Shown piece after piece: positions 1-9,441 of a DNA stretch of 64,000 nucleotides. Positions within the stretch are counted from its first letter, which is position 1. Each line of letters begins with the position of its first letter. Position numbers and translations under genes: made by a program. The notes below the pieces were generated by a model that was not told the origin of the DNA, made no database searches, and saw nothing but the letters and a program-made list of their open reading frames with translations. Source of the stretch: Thermoanaerobaculia bacterium (lineage in GTDB: Bacteria; Acidobacteriota; Thermoanaerobaculia; Multivoradales; JAHEKO01); NCBI GenBank assembly GCA_945787575.1, contig CALZKB010000016.1, forward strand, positions 1,189-65,188, read 5' to 3'.

Positions 1-441
1 GTCCGGCGAGAGGAGAGTGGCACCGGGGAGGGTCAGGAAGCGGCCCAGATCGACCTCGGTCAGCGGCCCGGTGGCGACGAAGTCGCGAAACGGCGCCTCC
101 GCGAAAGGATCGACGCCGAGCATCAGAAGAACCTCGCCGCCCGAATCGACGTGCCCGACGTGACCCTCGACCACCGGCGCGGTCAGGTTCAGGCCGAGAT
201 CGGCGCGGAGCTTCCGATAGAGGTCTTCGGGTAGCTCGCCGCCGGAGCCGACGATCTGATGGGTCGTCCGGCCGGAGAGCGCCTCCGACGACAGCTCGAA
301 AGCTCTCTGTGCGCTGCCGTTGGCAACGTCGATGCCGACCACGACGGCGACTCCCAGGGCAACTCCCAGGACCGCGAGCGCAAGCTGCCAGGGGTGGCGC
401 AGGAGGTGCCGGAAGCTGGCCTTCCAGAGCAGACTCGTCAC
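1..441 (-). CDS. ABC transporter permease, FtsX/MacB-like (N-terminal part only; gene runs off the window start)
   Basis: Not in the ORF track because it is open at the window edge. My translation of the minus strand from GTG 441..439 gives VTSLLWKASFRHLLRHPWQLALAVLGVALGVAVVVGIDVANGSAQRA..., a typical first TM segment of FtsX-family permeases. GTGA overlap with the stop of the upstream ATPase gene. Confidence 0.6.
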   Translation of the reverse strand, partial: MTSLLWKASFRHLLRHPWQLALAVLGVALGVAVVVGIDVANGSAQRAFELSSEALSGRTTHQIVGSGGELPEDLYRKLRADLGLNLTAPVVEGHVGHVDSGGEVLLMLGVDPFAEAPFRDFVATGPLTEVDLGRFLTLPGATLLSPD

Positions 442-1172
442 GGGGACTCGGCTCGCTCCAGCTCGACGAGCCCGCCGTGCTCGATGGTGATGATTCGGTC
501 GGCGACTCCGATGACCTCCCGACTGTGGGTGGCCATGAACAGGGTTCGCCCGGTCTGTCGGGTCAGCCGGTCGAGCAGCTCGATGACCTCTCGGCCGGTG
601 TCGACGTCGAGGTTGCCGGTGGGCTCGTCGGCGACGATGAGCTTCGGCTGGTGGACGAGACTCCTGGCCACCGCGATCCGCTGCCGCTCGCCGCCCGAAA
701 GCCGATCGGGAAACGAAGCCGCCCGCTCGGCGAGACCGACCGCCGCCAGCATCTCGAGACAGCGGTTTCTGTCACGGCCTCCGATGCGACCCTCGAGCTC
801 GAGGGGAAGAAGGAGGTTCTCGAGGACCGTCAAGGTCGGCAGCAGGTTGAAGAACTGGAAGACAAAGCCGATATGCCGCCGGCGAAAGATCGTGCGCTCG
901 CGCTCGCTCAAGCCAGTGATCTCGGTTCCGGCGACGGCCACGCTCCCGGAGTCCGGATGGTCGATTCCGGCCAGGAGATTGAGCAGGGTCGACTTGCCGG
1001 AACCGCTCTTGCCGAGCAGCACCACCAGCTCTCCCCGCTCGACACGCAGGTCGATCCGGTCGAGGACGACGTGGCTCCGTCCTGCTTCGCGATAGCTCTT
1101 GGAGACAGCTTGGAGCTCTATGATCGGAGCTGGTGATGTTGGGAGAGCAGCGGTCGCAGAGGTGTCGATCAT
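438..1172 (-). CDS. ABC transporter ATP-binding protein (LolD/MacB-type)
   Basis: Walker A GKSGSGKST, ABC signature LSGGERQR and Walker B LIVADEPT. Coupled to the downstream FtsX-like permease. Confidence 0.9.
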   Translation of the reverse strand: MIDTSATAALPTSPAPIIELQAVSKSYREAGRSHVVLDRIDLRVERGELVVLLGKSGSGKSTLLNLLAGIDHPDSGSVAVAGTEITGLSERERTIFRRRHIGFVFQFFNLLPTLTVLENLLLPLELEGRIGGRDRNRCLEMLAAVGLAERAASFPDRLSGGERQRIAVARSLVHQPKLIVADEPTGNLDVDTGREVIELLDRLTRQTGRTLFMATHSREVIGVADRIITIEHGGLVELERAESP

Positions 1173-1221
1173 GATCAGGGTTCGCTTCGTCGCGCGTTTC
1201 GGGCGAAGCCCGCAGGGGAGC

Positions 1222-2247
1222 TTACGAGGCGTCTCTGGCCCGGCGGGAGCGGCGTAGGGTGAGGGTCATGGTGGTCGGCGCCAGGGCGCGCAGGCTTTCC
1301 GCTCTTAGGATACCTGCCGCTCGCGGCTCGGGGTCACCAAGAACTTCGAGCCGGACGACCGCGTCGGGGTCGACGGATGCCAGGAGGCGACGCAGGCTCA
1401 GACAGCTCAGCTCGTCGGCTGGAATCTCGAGATCGATCATCGGCCGGCTGGGGAGCTCGTGAAAGGCCCAGCCCGCGAGCCGGCCGCCCGCGTCATTCGG
1501 GTGGAGATCGAGAGTCATGTAGCCCTTGGACTCGTGGCGCTCGGCGGCGCTGGTGCGCTCGATCGAGCCGGGGTAGAGGACCGGGGCGGCGAGGGGGCGG
1601 CCGTCGAGGTCGGCGGTGAGCACCTGTCTCCGGTGGATGTGGCCGGCGAGAACGGCGGCGAAGCCCGCCGGGATGTCACGCCCGCGCACGACGTCGGCTC
1701 CGCGCCGGAAGGTGTAGCCGGTCGGGCCGACTCGGGCTCCGGCGACCGTCTGGTGCAGGCAGAGCAGGCGGATCGCCGTCGGTTGCGCGCGCCAGCCGGT
1801 CGCTTCCACCAGCTGCGGGAAGCGGGCCCTCACGTCTTCGCGCTGGAAGGGAAAGCCCGCGACCGCGACGTGATGGCCGCTGGCTCGGAGAAGGACCGTG
1901 CGCGGACGGTCGAGGATGTGCACCCGCCGGTGCGCTGCTAGAAGCGGGAACGGGATCGCCGAGCGCTCGTGGTTGCCGGGCACGACGATCACCGGAGTGC
2001 CGCCACCGGCGACCTCGATCAGCGGTTCGAAGGCTCGGTAGACGAGTTCACGCCGCACCCGGCTGCGAAAGAGCAGGTCGCCGCCGTGGACCACGAGATC
2101 GACCTCGCCCCGACGCGCCGGCGCCAAGGCACGCTCGAAGTTGGCGAAGAAATCGGGCCCGCGCCGCCGCCGCTCGACCCGAGGCCGCAGCGGCAGATCG
2201 AAACCGAGATGGGTGTCGGCGACGAGGAGCACACGGAGAGGGTGCAC
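1222..2247 (-). CDS. Calcineurin-like metallophosphoesterase (SbcD/YhaO-like nuclease fold)
   Basis: Motifs LLVADTHLG, HGGDLLF, VVPGNHERS and AGHIHRRQ appear in canonical order. No SbcC-like partner is visible. Confidence 0.8.
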   Translation of the reverse strand: MHPLRVLLVADTHLGFDLPLRPRVERRRRGPDFFANFERALAPARRGEVDLVVHGGDLLFRSRVRRELVYRAFEPLIEVAGGGTPVIVVPGNHERSAIPFPLLAAHRRVHILDRPRTVLLRASGHHVAVAGFPFQREDVRARFPQLVEATGWRAQPTAIRLLCLHQTVAGARVGPTGYTFRRGADVVRGRDIPAGFAAVLAGHIHRRQVLTADLDGRPLAAPVLYPGSIERTSAAERHESKGYMTLDLHPNDAGGRLAGWAFHELPSRPMIDLEIPADELSCLSLRRLLASVDPDAVVRLEVLGDPEPRAAGILRAESLRALAPTTMTLTLRRSRRARDAS

Positions 2248-2361
2248 GGCGACATGATAGCCAGCCGCGAGTTTGGCACTCGCAGTCCGACACTGCTGCT
2301 GACTTTGCCCGGTCAGCAGATTGCGCTAGGTTGGCGGGGGACTCCCCCGCGGAGGTACTCG

Positions 2362-2940
2362 ATGCTCGAAAGCCGGCGGTTGTCGAAGTTGAAGCTCGTG
2401 AGGATCGGACGACCGGTCAGCCGCGTCGACCTCCAGGCGCTGGCTGCACGAATCGGCGAGGCGTTCCCCGGTCAGCTCGACTCGATTCAGACGGTCGACT
2501 ACGAGCCACCGAAGATCGATCGTATCGAAGCGGACCTGCTGACTCAGGCGCTCGATCAGGAGGTGGGGGGCCATATCCTCGGCATCACCGACGTCGATCT
2601 TCTCGATCGCGGCGCCGGCGAGTTCTTCAAAGGAATGTTCGGGTGTAAGGACAACCGCAACGACGTGGCCGTCGTCTCGACGCGCCGCATCGCGAGCCCC
2701 GATCCCGGGCGCTCGATCGCGCGTCTGCTCAAGGTCGGGCTCCACGAGTTGGGCCACAACTTCGGGCTCGTCCATCACTATTCGCTCCAGCCGGCCTCGG
2801 ACGGCGGCTACTGCGTGATGGCCAAAGACGACTACAACCGTCACGGAGAGCGCAGTTACAAGCGCTCGGTGATCGACGCCCGCGGCTTCCGGTTCTGCGA
2901 TGCCTGCCGAACAGTCCTGCGGCTCACCCGCGCCCGCTGA
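2362..2940 (+). CDS. Archaemetzincin-like zinc metallopeptidase (divergent M54-type)
   Basis: HELGHNFG zincin motif followed by Cys-containing CVM and CDAC elements. I place the start at ATG 2362, preceded by GGAGG at 2351-2355. The longer track ORF from 1969 would overlap the divergent phosphoesterase gene. Confidence 0.7.
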   Translation: MLESRRLSKLKLVRIGRPVSRVDLQALAARIGEAFPGQLDSIQTVDYEPPKIDRIEADLLTQALDQEVGGHILGITDVDLLDRGAGEFFKGMFGCKDNRNDVAVVSTRRIASPDPGRSIARLLKVGLHELGHNFGLVHHYSLQPASDGGYCVMAKDDYNRHGERSYKRSVIDARGFRFCDACRTVLRLTRAR

Positions 2941-3021
2941 GGGTCCTTCGCTGTTCTTGCTATCGTCTGCCGCGGCGGGCAGGTGACCTCGCTTGTCCGC
3001 CTCGGTGGAAGTGAGTAGAGA

Positions 3022-3432
3022 ATGGGTGAAGGCGGCAGCGGCGGCAACGTAGAGCTCGCGCAGATCATGCCGAGCCTCACGGTGGGCGACATCGAAGCTT
3101 CGCTCGCGTACTACGAGGGTGTTCTCGGCTTCACGGTGGTGGACCGCTGGGAGCACGAGGGCAAGCTGTTCGGTGCCTCGGTCGCCGCCGGCGACGTCTC
3201 TCTCATGCTCCTGCAGGACGACTGGGCCCAGGGCCGGGACCGCGAGAAGGGGGTGGGATTCCGCCTCTATTGCACGACCCGGCAGAACGTCGACGACCTC
3301 GCGGCCGGGTTCGTGGCTCGCGGCGGGGAGCTGGCGCAGGAGCCCACCGACCAGCCGTGGGGCTCGCGCGATTTCTCGGTCGTCGATCCGGACGGCTTCA
3401 AGATCTCGATCGCGAGCCACGTCGAGAGCTAG
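3022..3432 (+). CDS. VOC (glyoxalase/bleomycin-resistance) family protein
   Basis: 136 aa with the typical VOC layout: LTVGDIEASLAYYEGVLGF ... GSRDFSVVDPDGFKISI. Confidence 0.8.
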   Translation: MGEGGSGGNVELAQIMPSLTVGDIEASLAYYEGVLGFTVVDRWEHEGKLFGASVAAGDVSLMLLQDDWAQGRDREKGVGFRLYCTTRQNVDDLAAGFVARGGELAQEPTDQPWGSRDFSVVDPDGFKISIASHVES

Positions 3433-3796
3433 CTGCCCCGGCCCACGCCGGCAGCCAGGCGAACGCGAGTCCGGCGCGGGGGATGCCGACCGCGGTGTCG
3501 GGATCCCGCACCGGTTCGTCGTCGTGGCCAGGGGTTCCAAGGGTGGACCCGTACCGGCCGCCCGAGGCTCTGTTCGCACAGGACTTCGCATCCGGGACCG
3601 GCGACCGCGAGATGGACGGCGACCGATCCCAGGTCGATTCCGAGTCGCAGGCGAGCCATGGAGAGTTCCCCTAAGGGATTCTTGCCGCCTCTTCATGATG
3701 CGGCATCAGGACGAGTCCGCGCGCCACCCCCTGGGGCGGCCAGTGGCAGCAGCCCCAGTGAAAGGGACCCGGCGAAGGAGGCTCAGCGAAGGGGGC

Positions 3797-6415
3797 TCAG
3801 TGAAGCGACGGTCGCCCGGTGCCACTCGGCCCAAGCGCCTGGGCGAGCAGGCGGGCGAGCTCACGCCGCCCATACGGTTTGCGCAGGAAGCCGACGACGC
3901 TGGGGTCGTCGAGCAGTCTCCCTATCTCGGGATCGTCGGCATATCCGGAGGCGAAGACGACTCGGGTCTCGGGCCGGATCTTCATCATCGCCTGGTACAA
4001 CTGCACGCCGTTCATCTTCGGCATCACCATGTCCAGCATGACGAGGTCGAAGCTGTCCGCTTCGTTGGCAAAGAGCTCGAGGGCATCGCCGGGGTCGCTG
4101 ATGGCGGTGGCTTCGTAGCCGAGGTTGGCGAGCATGGCGGCGCCGACGCGGCAGAGAGCCTCTTCGTCGTCGACCAGCAGGACGGTGCCTCGTCCGGGGG
4201 CCACGGCCGCGGCACCCTGGACTTCTTCCGGCACGGTCTCGAGGCTGACCGGAAGGCGCACGGTGAAGGTCGTGCCCGACCCCGGCTCGCTCTCACACTC
4301 GATCATGCCGTGGTGACTGCGGACGACGCCGTAGGCCGCCGACAGTCCCAGCCCGGAGCCCTTGCCCGACTCCTTGGTGGTGTAAAAGGGCTCGAAGATC
4401 CTCTCGACGGTGAGTGCGTCCATGCCGAAACCGGTGTCCTTGACCTCGAGGGTCAGGTAGAGCCCGGGCGAGAGATCCAAGGCGATGTGCTTGTCGTCCA
4501 GCCGCTCGTTGCGAGCGCAGATCGTCAACCGGCCGCCGACGGGCATCGCGTCGCGGGCGTTGATGCAGAGATTGAGCAGCACCCCCTGGAGCTGAGTCGG
4601 GTCGCCGTCGACGCTAGAGTGCTCCGCCTCGAGCTCGGACCGCAGCTCGATTCGCTTGTCGATGCTGCGCCCGAGAATAGCGATCGTCTCGCCGACGATC
4701 GCATCCATGTCGACGACGGCCGAGATCATCTGGCCTTGGCGCGAGAAAGCGAGCAGCTTGGTGGTCAGCTCCGAGGCGCGCCCGGCCATCTCGAGAATCG
4801 TCTCGATATGGGTACGGGCGGCCTCGGCCGACGCCGGCAGTGTGTCCTCGAGCAGTTCGGCGGAGCCGGTGATCCCCATGAGCATGTTGTTGAAGTCATG
4901 GGCCACCCCGCCGGCGAGCTGTCCGATGGTCTCCATCTTCTGCGCTTGCCGCAAGCTGGCCTCCAGCTCGAAGCGCTTGGTCATGTCGCGGATCGCCAAG
5001 ACGACCCCTACCACCTCGCCGTCGCCGTCATGGATGGGCGAACCGCTCTCGGCGATCCGCCGTTCGGTTCCGTCCCTGGCGATCAGCAGCGTGTCGTCGA
5101 CCAGGCTGGTCACCTCGCCGTCGCTGAGCACCTGATCCACGGGACTCGGCTTCGGCGCCCGGCTCGCGGCGTCGACGAGGGTGACGACTTCCTGCAACTC
5201 GCGGCCCAAAGCGTCGTCCTCGGTCCAGCCGGTGAGCGCTACGGCGGCCGGGTTCATCGACGTGACCCGCCCCTTGCGGTCGGTGGCCAGCACCGCATCG
5301 CCGATGGAATTGAGAGTGATGCGCAGGTCCTCGCGGCTGGTGCGCAGTGCCGTCTCTGCTCTCTGCCGCTCTTCCATCTCCCTGTGGAGCTGGTCGATGG
5401 AGGTGGTCGAAGATCGCAGTCTCGAGACCATGCGGTTGAAGGCGCGCGCCAGCTGCGCGATCTCCCCCGGCCCGTCGTCAGGCACCTGAACCGTGCAGTC
5501 GCCCTCTGCGAGCTTGTCCGCCTGATCGGCGAGGCGCCCGAGGGGCTCGACGATACTGCGCGAGGTACGTCGCGCCAGCCAGGCGACCGCCAACAAGAGG
5601 GTCGCGATAAGGCTCAGAAGAACGGCCAGCAAGGTCGACTGCAGGCGGTCGATCCGGCGGTGGGAAAGGAAGACCTGCAGGGTCCCGAGGCGAACGTCGT
5701 CTCGGCCTTCGAGGGGGACTTCGAGAAGAGAATGCGCCTCACCATCGATCGTCACCTCCAGCGGACCTGACGGTTCTCCGCTGGCGGCGAGCCGGAGCAC
5801 GGACGGATCGTGCAGCGTCGTGCTCTGTAGGCGGTCACGCCTGAAGACCGACAGTTCGACGCCGTACTTCTCCCGCAGCGTTGCCAGCATGGCGTGGTCG
5901 AGCTTCACGGAGAGATCGAGCACACCGCGGAAGCCGTCGCCGTCAAAGAGCGGCACCAGGGCTTCCAGCTCGATGCCGGTCCTTTGAGCGGCGAAACCGC
6001 TTCGAGGTCGAGGGTCCTGCAGCACCATCCAACGAGTTGCGGTGGCCTCGAGCTCGCCGTACTTGCCCGGGCTGTGCCCTCTCGCCACGACTCTCCCCTC
6101 GGCGTCGAGGAAGGTGGCCTGCCCCACTCCGGTCAGGATCATCAGCGAGGTCAGCCGCGAGAGAAGCCCTTGGCGGTTGCCGTTGCGCACGGCGGCGAGC
6201 AGTTCGGGGTCGTTGGCCGTTTCGCGGGCGCGAGCCAACAGTTGCAGCCGTTGGCCTTCCAGGTCCTGCAGGATCGCCGCGCTGGTGGTAGCTAGGGAAC
6301 GCTGCTGCGATTTCTCGAGCTCGCCGCTGAGAACCTGGTAGCCGACCAGGAAGGCGATCAACAGCGGGGCCAGGATTGCCCCGAGAAAGAGCAGCTGGAG
6401 CCTATTCTTGAGCAT
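3797..6415 (-). CDS. Hybrid sensor histidine kinase/response regulator (Cache-like periplasmic domain, HAMP, PAS, HisKA, HATPase, REC)
   Basis: Two TM segments flank a roughly 250-aa periplasmic region. PAS (NSIGDAVLATDRKGRVTSMNPAA); H-box GGVAHDFNNML; N and G boxes (LLNLCINARDAM, DTGFGM, GSGLGLS); C-terminal receiver (VLLVDDE ... DLVMLDMVMPKMNG). Confidence 0.92.
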   Translation of the reverse strand: MLKNRLQLLFLGAILAPLLIAFLVGYQVLSGELEKSQQRSLATTSAAILQDLEGQRLQLLARARETANDPELLAAVRNGNRQGLLSRLTSLMILTGVGQATFLDAEGRVVARGHSPGKYGELEATATRWMVLQDPRPRSGFAAQRTGIELEALVPLFDGDGFRGVLDLSVKLDHAMLATLREKYGVELSVFRRDRLQSTTLHDPSVLRLAASGEPSGPLEVTIDGEAHSLLEVPLEGRDDVRLGTLQVFLSHRRIDRLQSTLLAVLLSLIATLLLAVAWLARRTSRSIVEPLGRLADQADKLAEGDCTVQVPDDGPGEIAQLARAFNRMVSRLRSSTTSIDQLHREMEERQRAETALRTSREDLRITLNSIGDAVLATDRKGRVTSMNPAAVALTGWTEDDALGRELQEVVTLVDAASRAPKPSPVDQVLSDGEVTSLVDDTLLIARDGTERRIAESGSPIHDGDGEVVGVVLAIRDMTKRFELEASLRQAQKMETIGQLAGGVAHDFNNMLMGITGSAELLEDTLPASAEAARTHIETILEMAGRASELTTKLLAFSRQGQMISAVVDMDAIVGETIAILGRSIDKRIELRSELEAEHSSVDGDPTQLQGVLLNLCINARDAMPVGGRLTICARNERLDDKHIALDLSPGLYLTLEVKDTGFGMDALTVERIFEPFYTTKESGKGSGLGLSAAYGVVRSHHGMIECESEPGSGTTFTVRLPVSLETVPEEVQGAAAVAPGRGTVLLVDDEEALCRVGAAMLANLGYEATAISDPGDALELFANEADSFDLVMLDMVMPKMNGVQLYQAMMKIRPETRVVFASGYADDPEIGRLLDDPSVVGFLRKPYGRRELARLLAQALGPSGTGRPSLH

Positions 6416-7349
6416 CGTCCTGGAGCTGTTCGATGGAAATGACTATCGGGTTGAACAGGGGCACTTTGAAGCGATCGGACCCGAAGTGCGCGATGATGCT
6501 CTGACCTTCGGGGCCGGTCACGAAGTCGATGAAGGCCATGCTCTGCCGGTAACGTGTCTGGGGGTTCGTCGTCGGATTGACGGCGATGATCCCGTAGGGG
6601 TTGAAGAGCCGCCGATCGCCTTCGACGATGATCACCAGCTCGAGCGAGTCGCGATTGGACATGAACGTGGCGCGATCCACCAACGTATAGCGCTTCTCGC
6701 GTGAAGCGCGCTGCAGGGTTTCGAGCATGCCGGCGTCCGCCAGCGCGTACCAGTCGCCGTCGGGTTGGATCCCGAGCAGCGACCATAGATCGAGCTCCCG
6801 CGACTGGGTGCCGGAGTTGTCGTCTCTCGAGAGAAAGGGCGCCTGTAGTTCTCCTACTCGACTCATGAATTCGAGAACGTCGCTCCCGCCATGTTCGTCC
6901 CGCAGGGCGCCGTCAGGCGGCCCCACCAAGAGGAAGTCGTTGTACATCACGATCCGGCGGTTGATCCCGAAGCCCTCTTCGAGAAACTCGTCCTCGGCCG
7001 AGCGCGCATTGACCAAGACGATGTCGGCTTGGCCCTCCCTCGCCAGTTGCAGGGCGGCTCCGGTGCCCGTGGCCGAGACCTCCAGCGAGATCTCCGAGCG
7101 CTCCTCGAACGCCGGCCGCAGTGCGTCGAAAAGCCCCGACTCCACGGTGCTGGTCGTCGTCGCCAGACGTAACGGTTGAAGCTCCTCGTTCGTCCCCGCG
7201 TCACATCCAGTGAGCAGCAAGCCCATTGCCAGGGCGATCGGACCTCTGGCGGCGCGGCCGAGATCGAGCGGGATGAGCTGCATGATCATCGGAATGACCC
7301 GGAGATCCCGTTGCGGGCTCGGGTTCTGCCTACTGTAGCGGCCCTTCAC
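6402..7349 (-). CDS. Periplasmic substrate-binding lipoprotein (tungstate/molybdate-type PBP-like fold)
   Basis: Lipoprotein-type signal ALAMGLLLTGC. LRLATTTSTVESGLFDAL ... GTGAALQLAREGQADIVLV resembles TupA/PBP_like_2 binding proteins. GTGA overlap with the amidohydrolase stop and a 14-nt overlap with the kinase start. An internal ATG (MIMQLIPL...) is an alternative start. Confidence 0.7.
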   Translation of the reverse strand: MKGRYSRQNPSPQRDLRVIPMIMQLIPLDLGRAARGPIALAMGLLLTGCDAGTNEELQPLRLATTTSTVESGLFDALRPAFEERSEISLEVSATGTGAALQLAREGQADIVLVNARSAEDEFLEEGFGINRRIVMYNDFLLVGPPDGALRDEHGGSDVLEFMSRVGELQAPFLSRDDNSGTQSRELDLWSLLGIQPDGDWYALADAGMLETLQRASREKRYTLVDRATFMSNRDSLELVIIVEGDRRLFNPYGIIAVNPTTNPQTRYRQSMAFIDFVTGPEGQSIIAHFGSDRFKVPLFNPIVISIEQLQDDAQE

Positions 7350-9049
7350 TCTTCCGCCAGGGAAAAGACCACGCGGCCGCCGACCACCGTCTTCAATACC
7401 CGGGTGTCACGGATCGTTTCTGGGGCGATCGCCGTGAGGTCGCGATCGAGCAGCACGAGGTCGGCGAGCATCCCCACCTCGATCGTTCCCTTCGTCGTCT
7501 CCTCGAACGAAGCGTAGGCGCCTTCGAGAGTGTACGCCCCCAGCGCCTCCTCGACCGTGATCTTCTGCTCGGGAACCCAGCCACGCGGGTTGCCGCCGTC
7601 GAGCGTGCGGCGAGTCACGGCGGCGTAGATGCCCTCGAGCGGCGTCGCCGGCGCGACGTACCAGTCGCTGCCGAAAGCCACATGGGCTCCGCTGTCGATC
7701 AGCGACCTGAACGCGTAGGTGGTCGTGGCCCGTTCGGGCCCGATCACATCGTCCGCCCACCGGCCATCATCGATCGCGTGATACGGCTGCATGCTGGCGA
7801 TGACGTGCTGGCTCGCGAAACGCTCCAGGTCGTCCGGGTGGATATGTTGGGCGTGCTCCATGCGGAAGCGCCGCTCGCGGTCGGGGTCGGCGTTCGCGAC
7901 GTCGGAGTAGATGTCGAGCAACTCCCGAATCGCGCGATCGCCGATCGCATGCACCATGACCTGCAGGCCGGCCCCATCGGCCGCCGCGATCCAGCTGCGC
8001 ATGTCGTCGTTCGAGTTGATCAGGAACCCGCGGTCGTCGGGTGTGTCAGTGAAGGGCTCGAGGAAGGCGGCCGTGTGGGAACCGAGAGAGCCGTCCATGA
8101 AGCCCTTGACGCCGCCGATCTTCAGCCAATCGCTGCCGCGGCCGTTGGCCGCGATGTCGTCGCTCACCCGCCGCCAGTCGGACAGTGGGGGGGCCGAGTA
8201 GATGCGAGTCGACAGCCCTCCTCTCCGCTCGGCCCGTCGATAGGTGGCGAGGCTGGTCCAGCTGTCCATGTCATCGGCAAAGACGTCGTGGACGGTGGTG
8301 ACGCCGTTGGCGGCGACGTACCGCATGGCCGCCTCGAGGAAACGATCGAGCTGCGCTTCGCTCGGCTCCGGCACGACGGCGAACACCAGCCGCATCGCGT
8401 TGTCCTTGAGCACCCCCGTAGGGTTGCCCGAAGCATCGCGCACGATCGTTCCGCCGTCGATCTCCGGGGTGTCCGAGCTGACCCCGGCCCGCTCGAGGGC
8501 CAAGGAGTTGGCAAGCCCCATGTGACCGTCGAGCCGGAGGATCCACACGGGATTGTCCGGCGTCACGGCATCGATCCACTCGCGAGCCGGCAGCTCGCCG
8601 CCCCAGTTCTTGTGGTCCCAAGCGCCGTTGAGAATCCACTCACCGGCTTCGATCGTCTGGGCGAACTCGGCGACTCGGCTGACGAGCTCTTCCGGTGTCT
8701 CGGCGTCCCGCAGCTGCACCGAGGCCAAGGCGCCCCCGCCGGCGAGGAAGTGCAGGTGACTGTCGATGAAGCCCGGGACGAGCATGCCGCCGCCGACCGA
8801 CATGACCTCGGTGTTGTCGCCGATCAGGGGTTCGACCTCGGCCGCCGACCCTACGGCGGTGATCTTCTCGCCGTCGACGGCGACGGCCTCGGCCCAAGGC
8901 TGTTCGGGATTGCCGGTCCACACCCTGGCGCCGGTGATCACCAAAGAGGCGGCCCCCTCAGTTCGTGGCGCGCACGAGGCGTTGAGCGTCAACAGCAGCA
9001 GCGTCGCGAGGTGTCTGGCGGCGCCCGAAACGAACGCTCTGGTCGTCAC
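7346..9049 (-). CDS. Amidohydrolase family (YtcJ-like metal-dependent hydrolase), secreted
   Basis: GFIDSHLHF (HxH metal site), HAIGDRA, MEHAQH and FGSDW. I place the start at GTG 9049..9047, with AGGAG just upstream and a signal-like ARHLATLLLLTLNASC. The track ORF extending to 9361 would overlap the next gene. Confidence 0.85.
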   Translation of the reverse strand: MTTRAFVSGAARHLATLLLLTLNASCAPRTEGAASLVITGARVWTGNPEQPWAEAVAVDGEKITAVGSAAEVEPLIGDNTEVMSVGGGMLVPGFIDSHLHFLAGGGALASVQLRDAETPEELVSRVAEFAQTIEAGEWILNGAWDHKNWGGELPAREWIDAVTPDNPVWILRLDGHMGLANSLALERAGVSSDTPEIDGGTIVRDASGNPTGVLKDNAMRLVFAVVPEPSEAQLDRFLEAAMRYVAANGVTTVHDVFADDMDSWTSLATYRRAERRGGLSTRIYSAPPLSDWRRVSDDIAANGRGSDWLKIGGVKGFMDGSLGSHTAAFLEPFTDTPDDRGFLINSNDDMRSWIAAADGAGLQVMVHAIGDRAIRELLDIYSDVANADPDRERRFRMEHAQHIHPDDLERFASQHVIASMQPYHAIDDGRWADDVIGPERATTTYAFRSLIDSGAHVAFGSDWYVAPATPLEGIYAAVTRRTLDGGNPRGWVPEQKITVEEALGAYTLEGAYASFEETTKGTIEVGMLADLVLLDRDLTAIAPETIRDTRVLKTVVGGRVVFSLAEE

Positions 9050-9114
9050 AGGATCTCCTCTGGAGAGCAAGGTCGAGATCGTAGCAGGCGCCGGTGTGGG
9101 TCGGACAGCCCGCG

Positions 9115-9441
9115 TCAGCCCGGGTGACCGTAGGGAAGCTTGCAGTGCGGACATTCCTTGCCGCGAGTCTTGAACAGTCCGTAGCGCAGGAAGAACGCCT
9201 TCCCGCAGCGCGGACAGGGCCAGAAGCCGACCCGCAGCCCGATCACACTGAGGACGACGAACCAGAGCACCATGAAGACCACGATCGGCAACGGGAAGCG
9301 CTCCCAGCGGCCCCTCATCCACCAGGCCAAGAGGAAGACGAACGGGAACCACGAAGCCCACAGGACGAGAGTGATCTTCCTGAGCCGTTCGAAATGCTCC
9401 CAGCTGGCTTTGTCGGCCGGCGGCCGCCGCCTACCGATCAT
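9115..9441 (-). CDS. Small membrane protein with C-terminal zinc ribbon (hypothetical)
   Basis: 108 aa with two hydrophobic segments (ITLVLWASWFPFVFLLAWW, IVVFMVLWFVVLSVIGL), then CPRC-x18-CPHC. First gene of the operon ending in the hybrid kinase. Confidence 0.45.
   Translation of the reverse strand: MIGRRRPPADKASWEHFERLRKITLVLWASWFPFVFLLAWWMRGRWERFPLPIVVFMVLWFVVLSVIGLRVGFWPCPRCGKAFFLRYGLFKTRGKECPHCKLPYGHPG

Noticed and set aside
3429-3659. 76-aa minus-strand ORF starting MARLRLGIDLGSVAVHLAV, reminiscent of the phosphate-1 motif of actin-like/sugar-kinase ATPases. It lies in the 364-bp convergent gap between the VOC gene and the hybrid kinase.
   Set aside because: Only the first ~20 residues look protein-like and the rest is Arg/Pro-rich. 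No continuation is recognisable in other frames. At best it is an unrecognisable gene remnant, which I cannot support.
3119-5770. 883-aa plus-strand ORF, the longest in this region.
   Set aside because: It is antisense to a coherent multi-domain hybrid histidine kinase. Its product is Arg/Gly/Pro/Asp-rich with no recognisable motif. This is a typical GC-rich shadow ORF.
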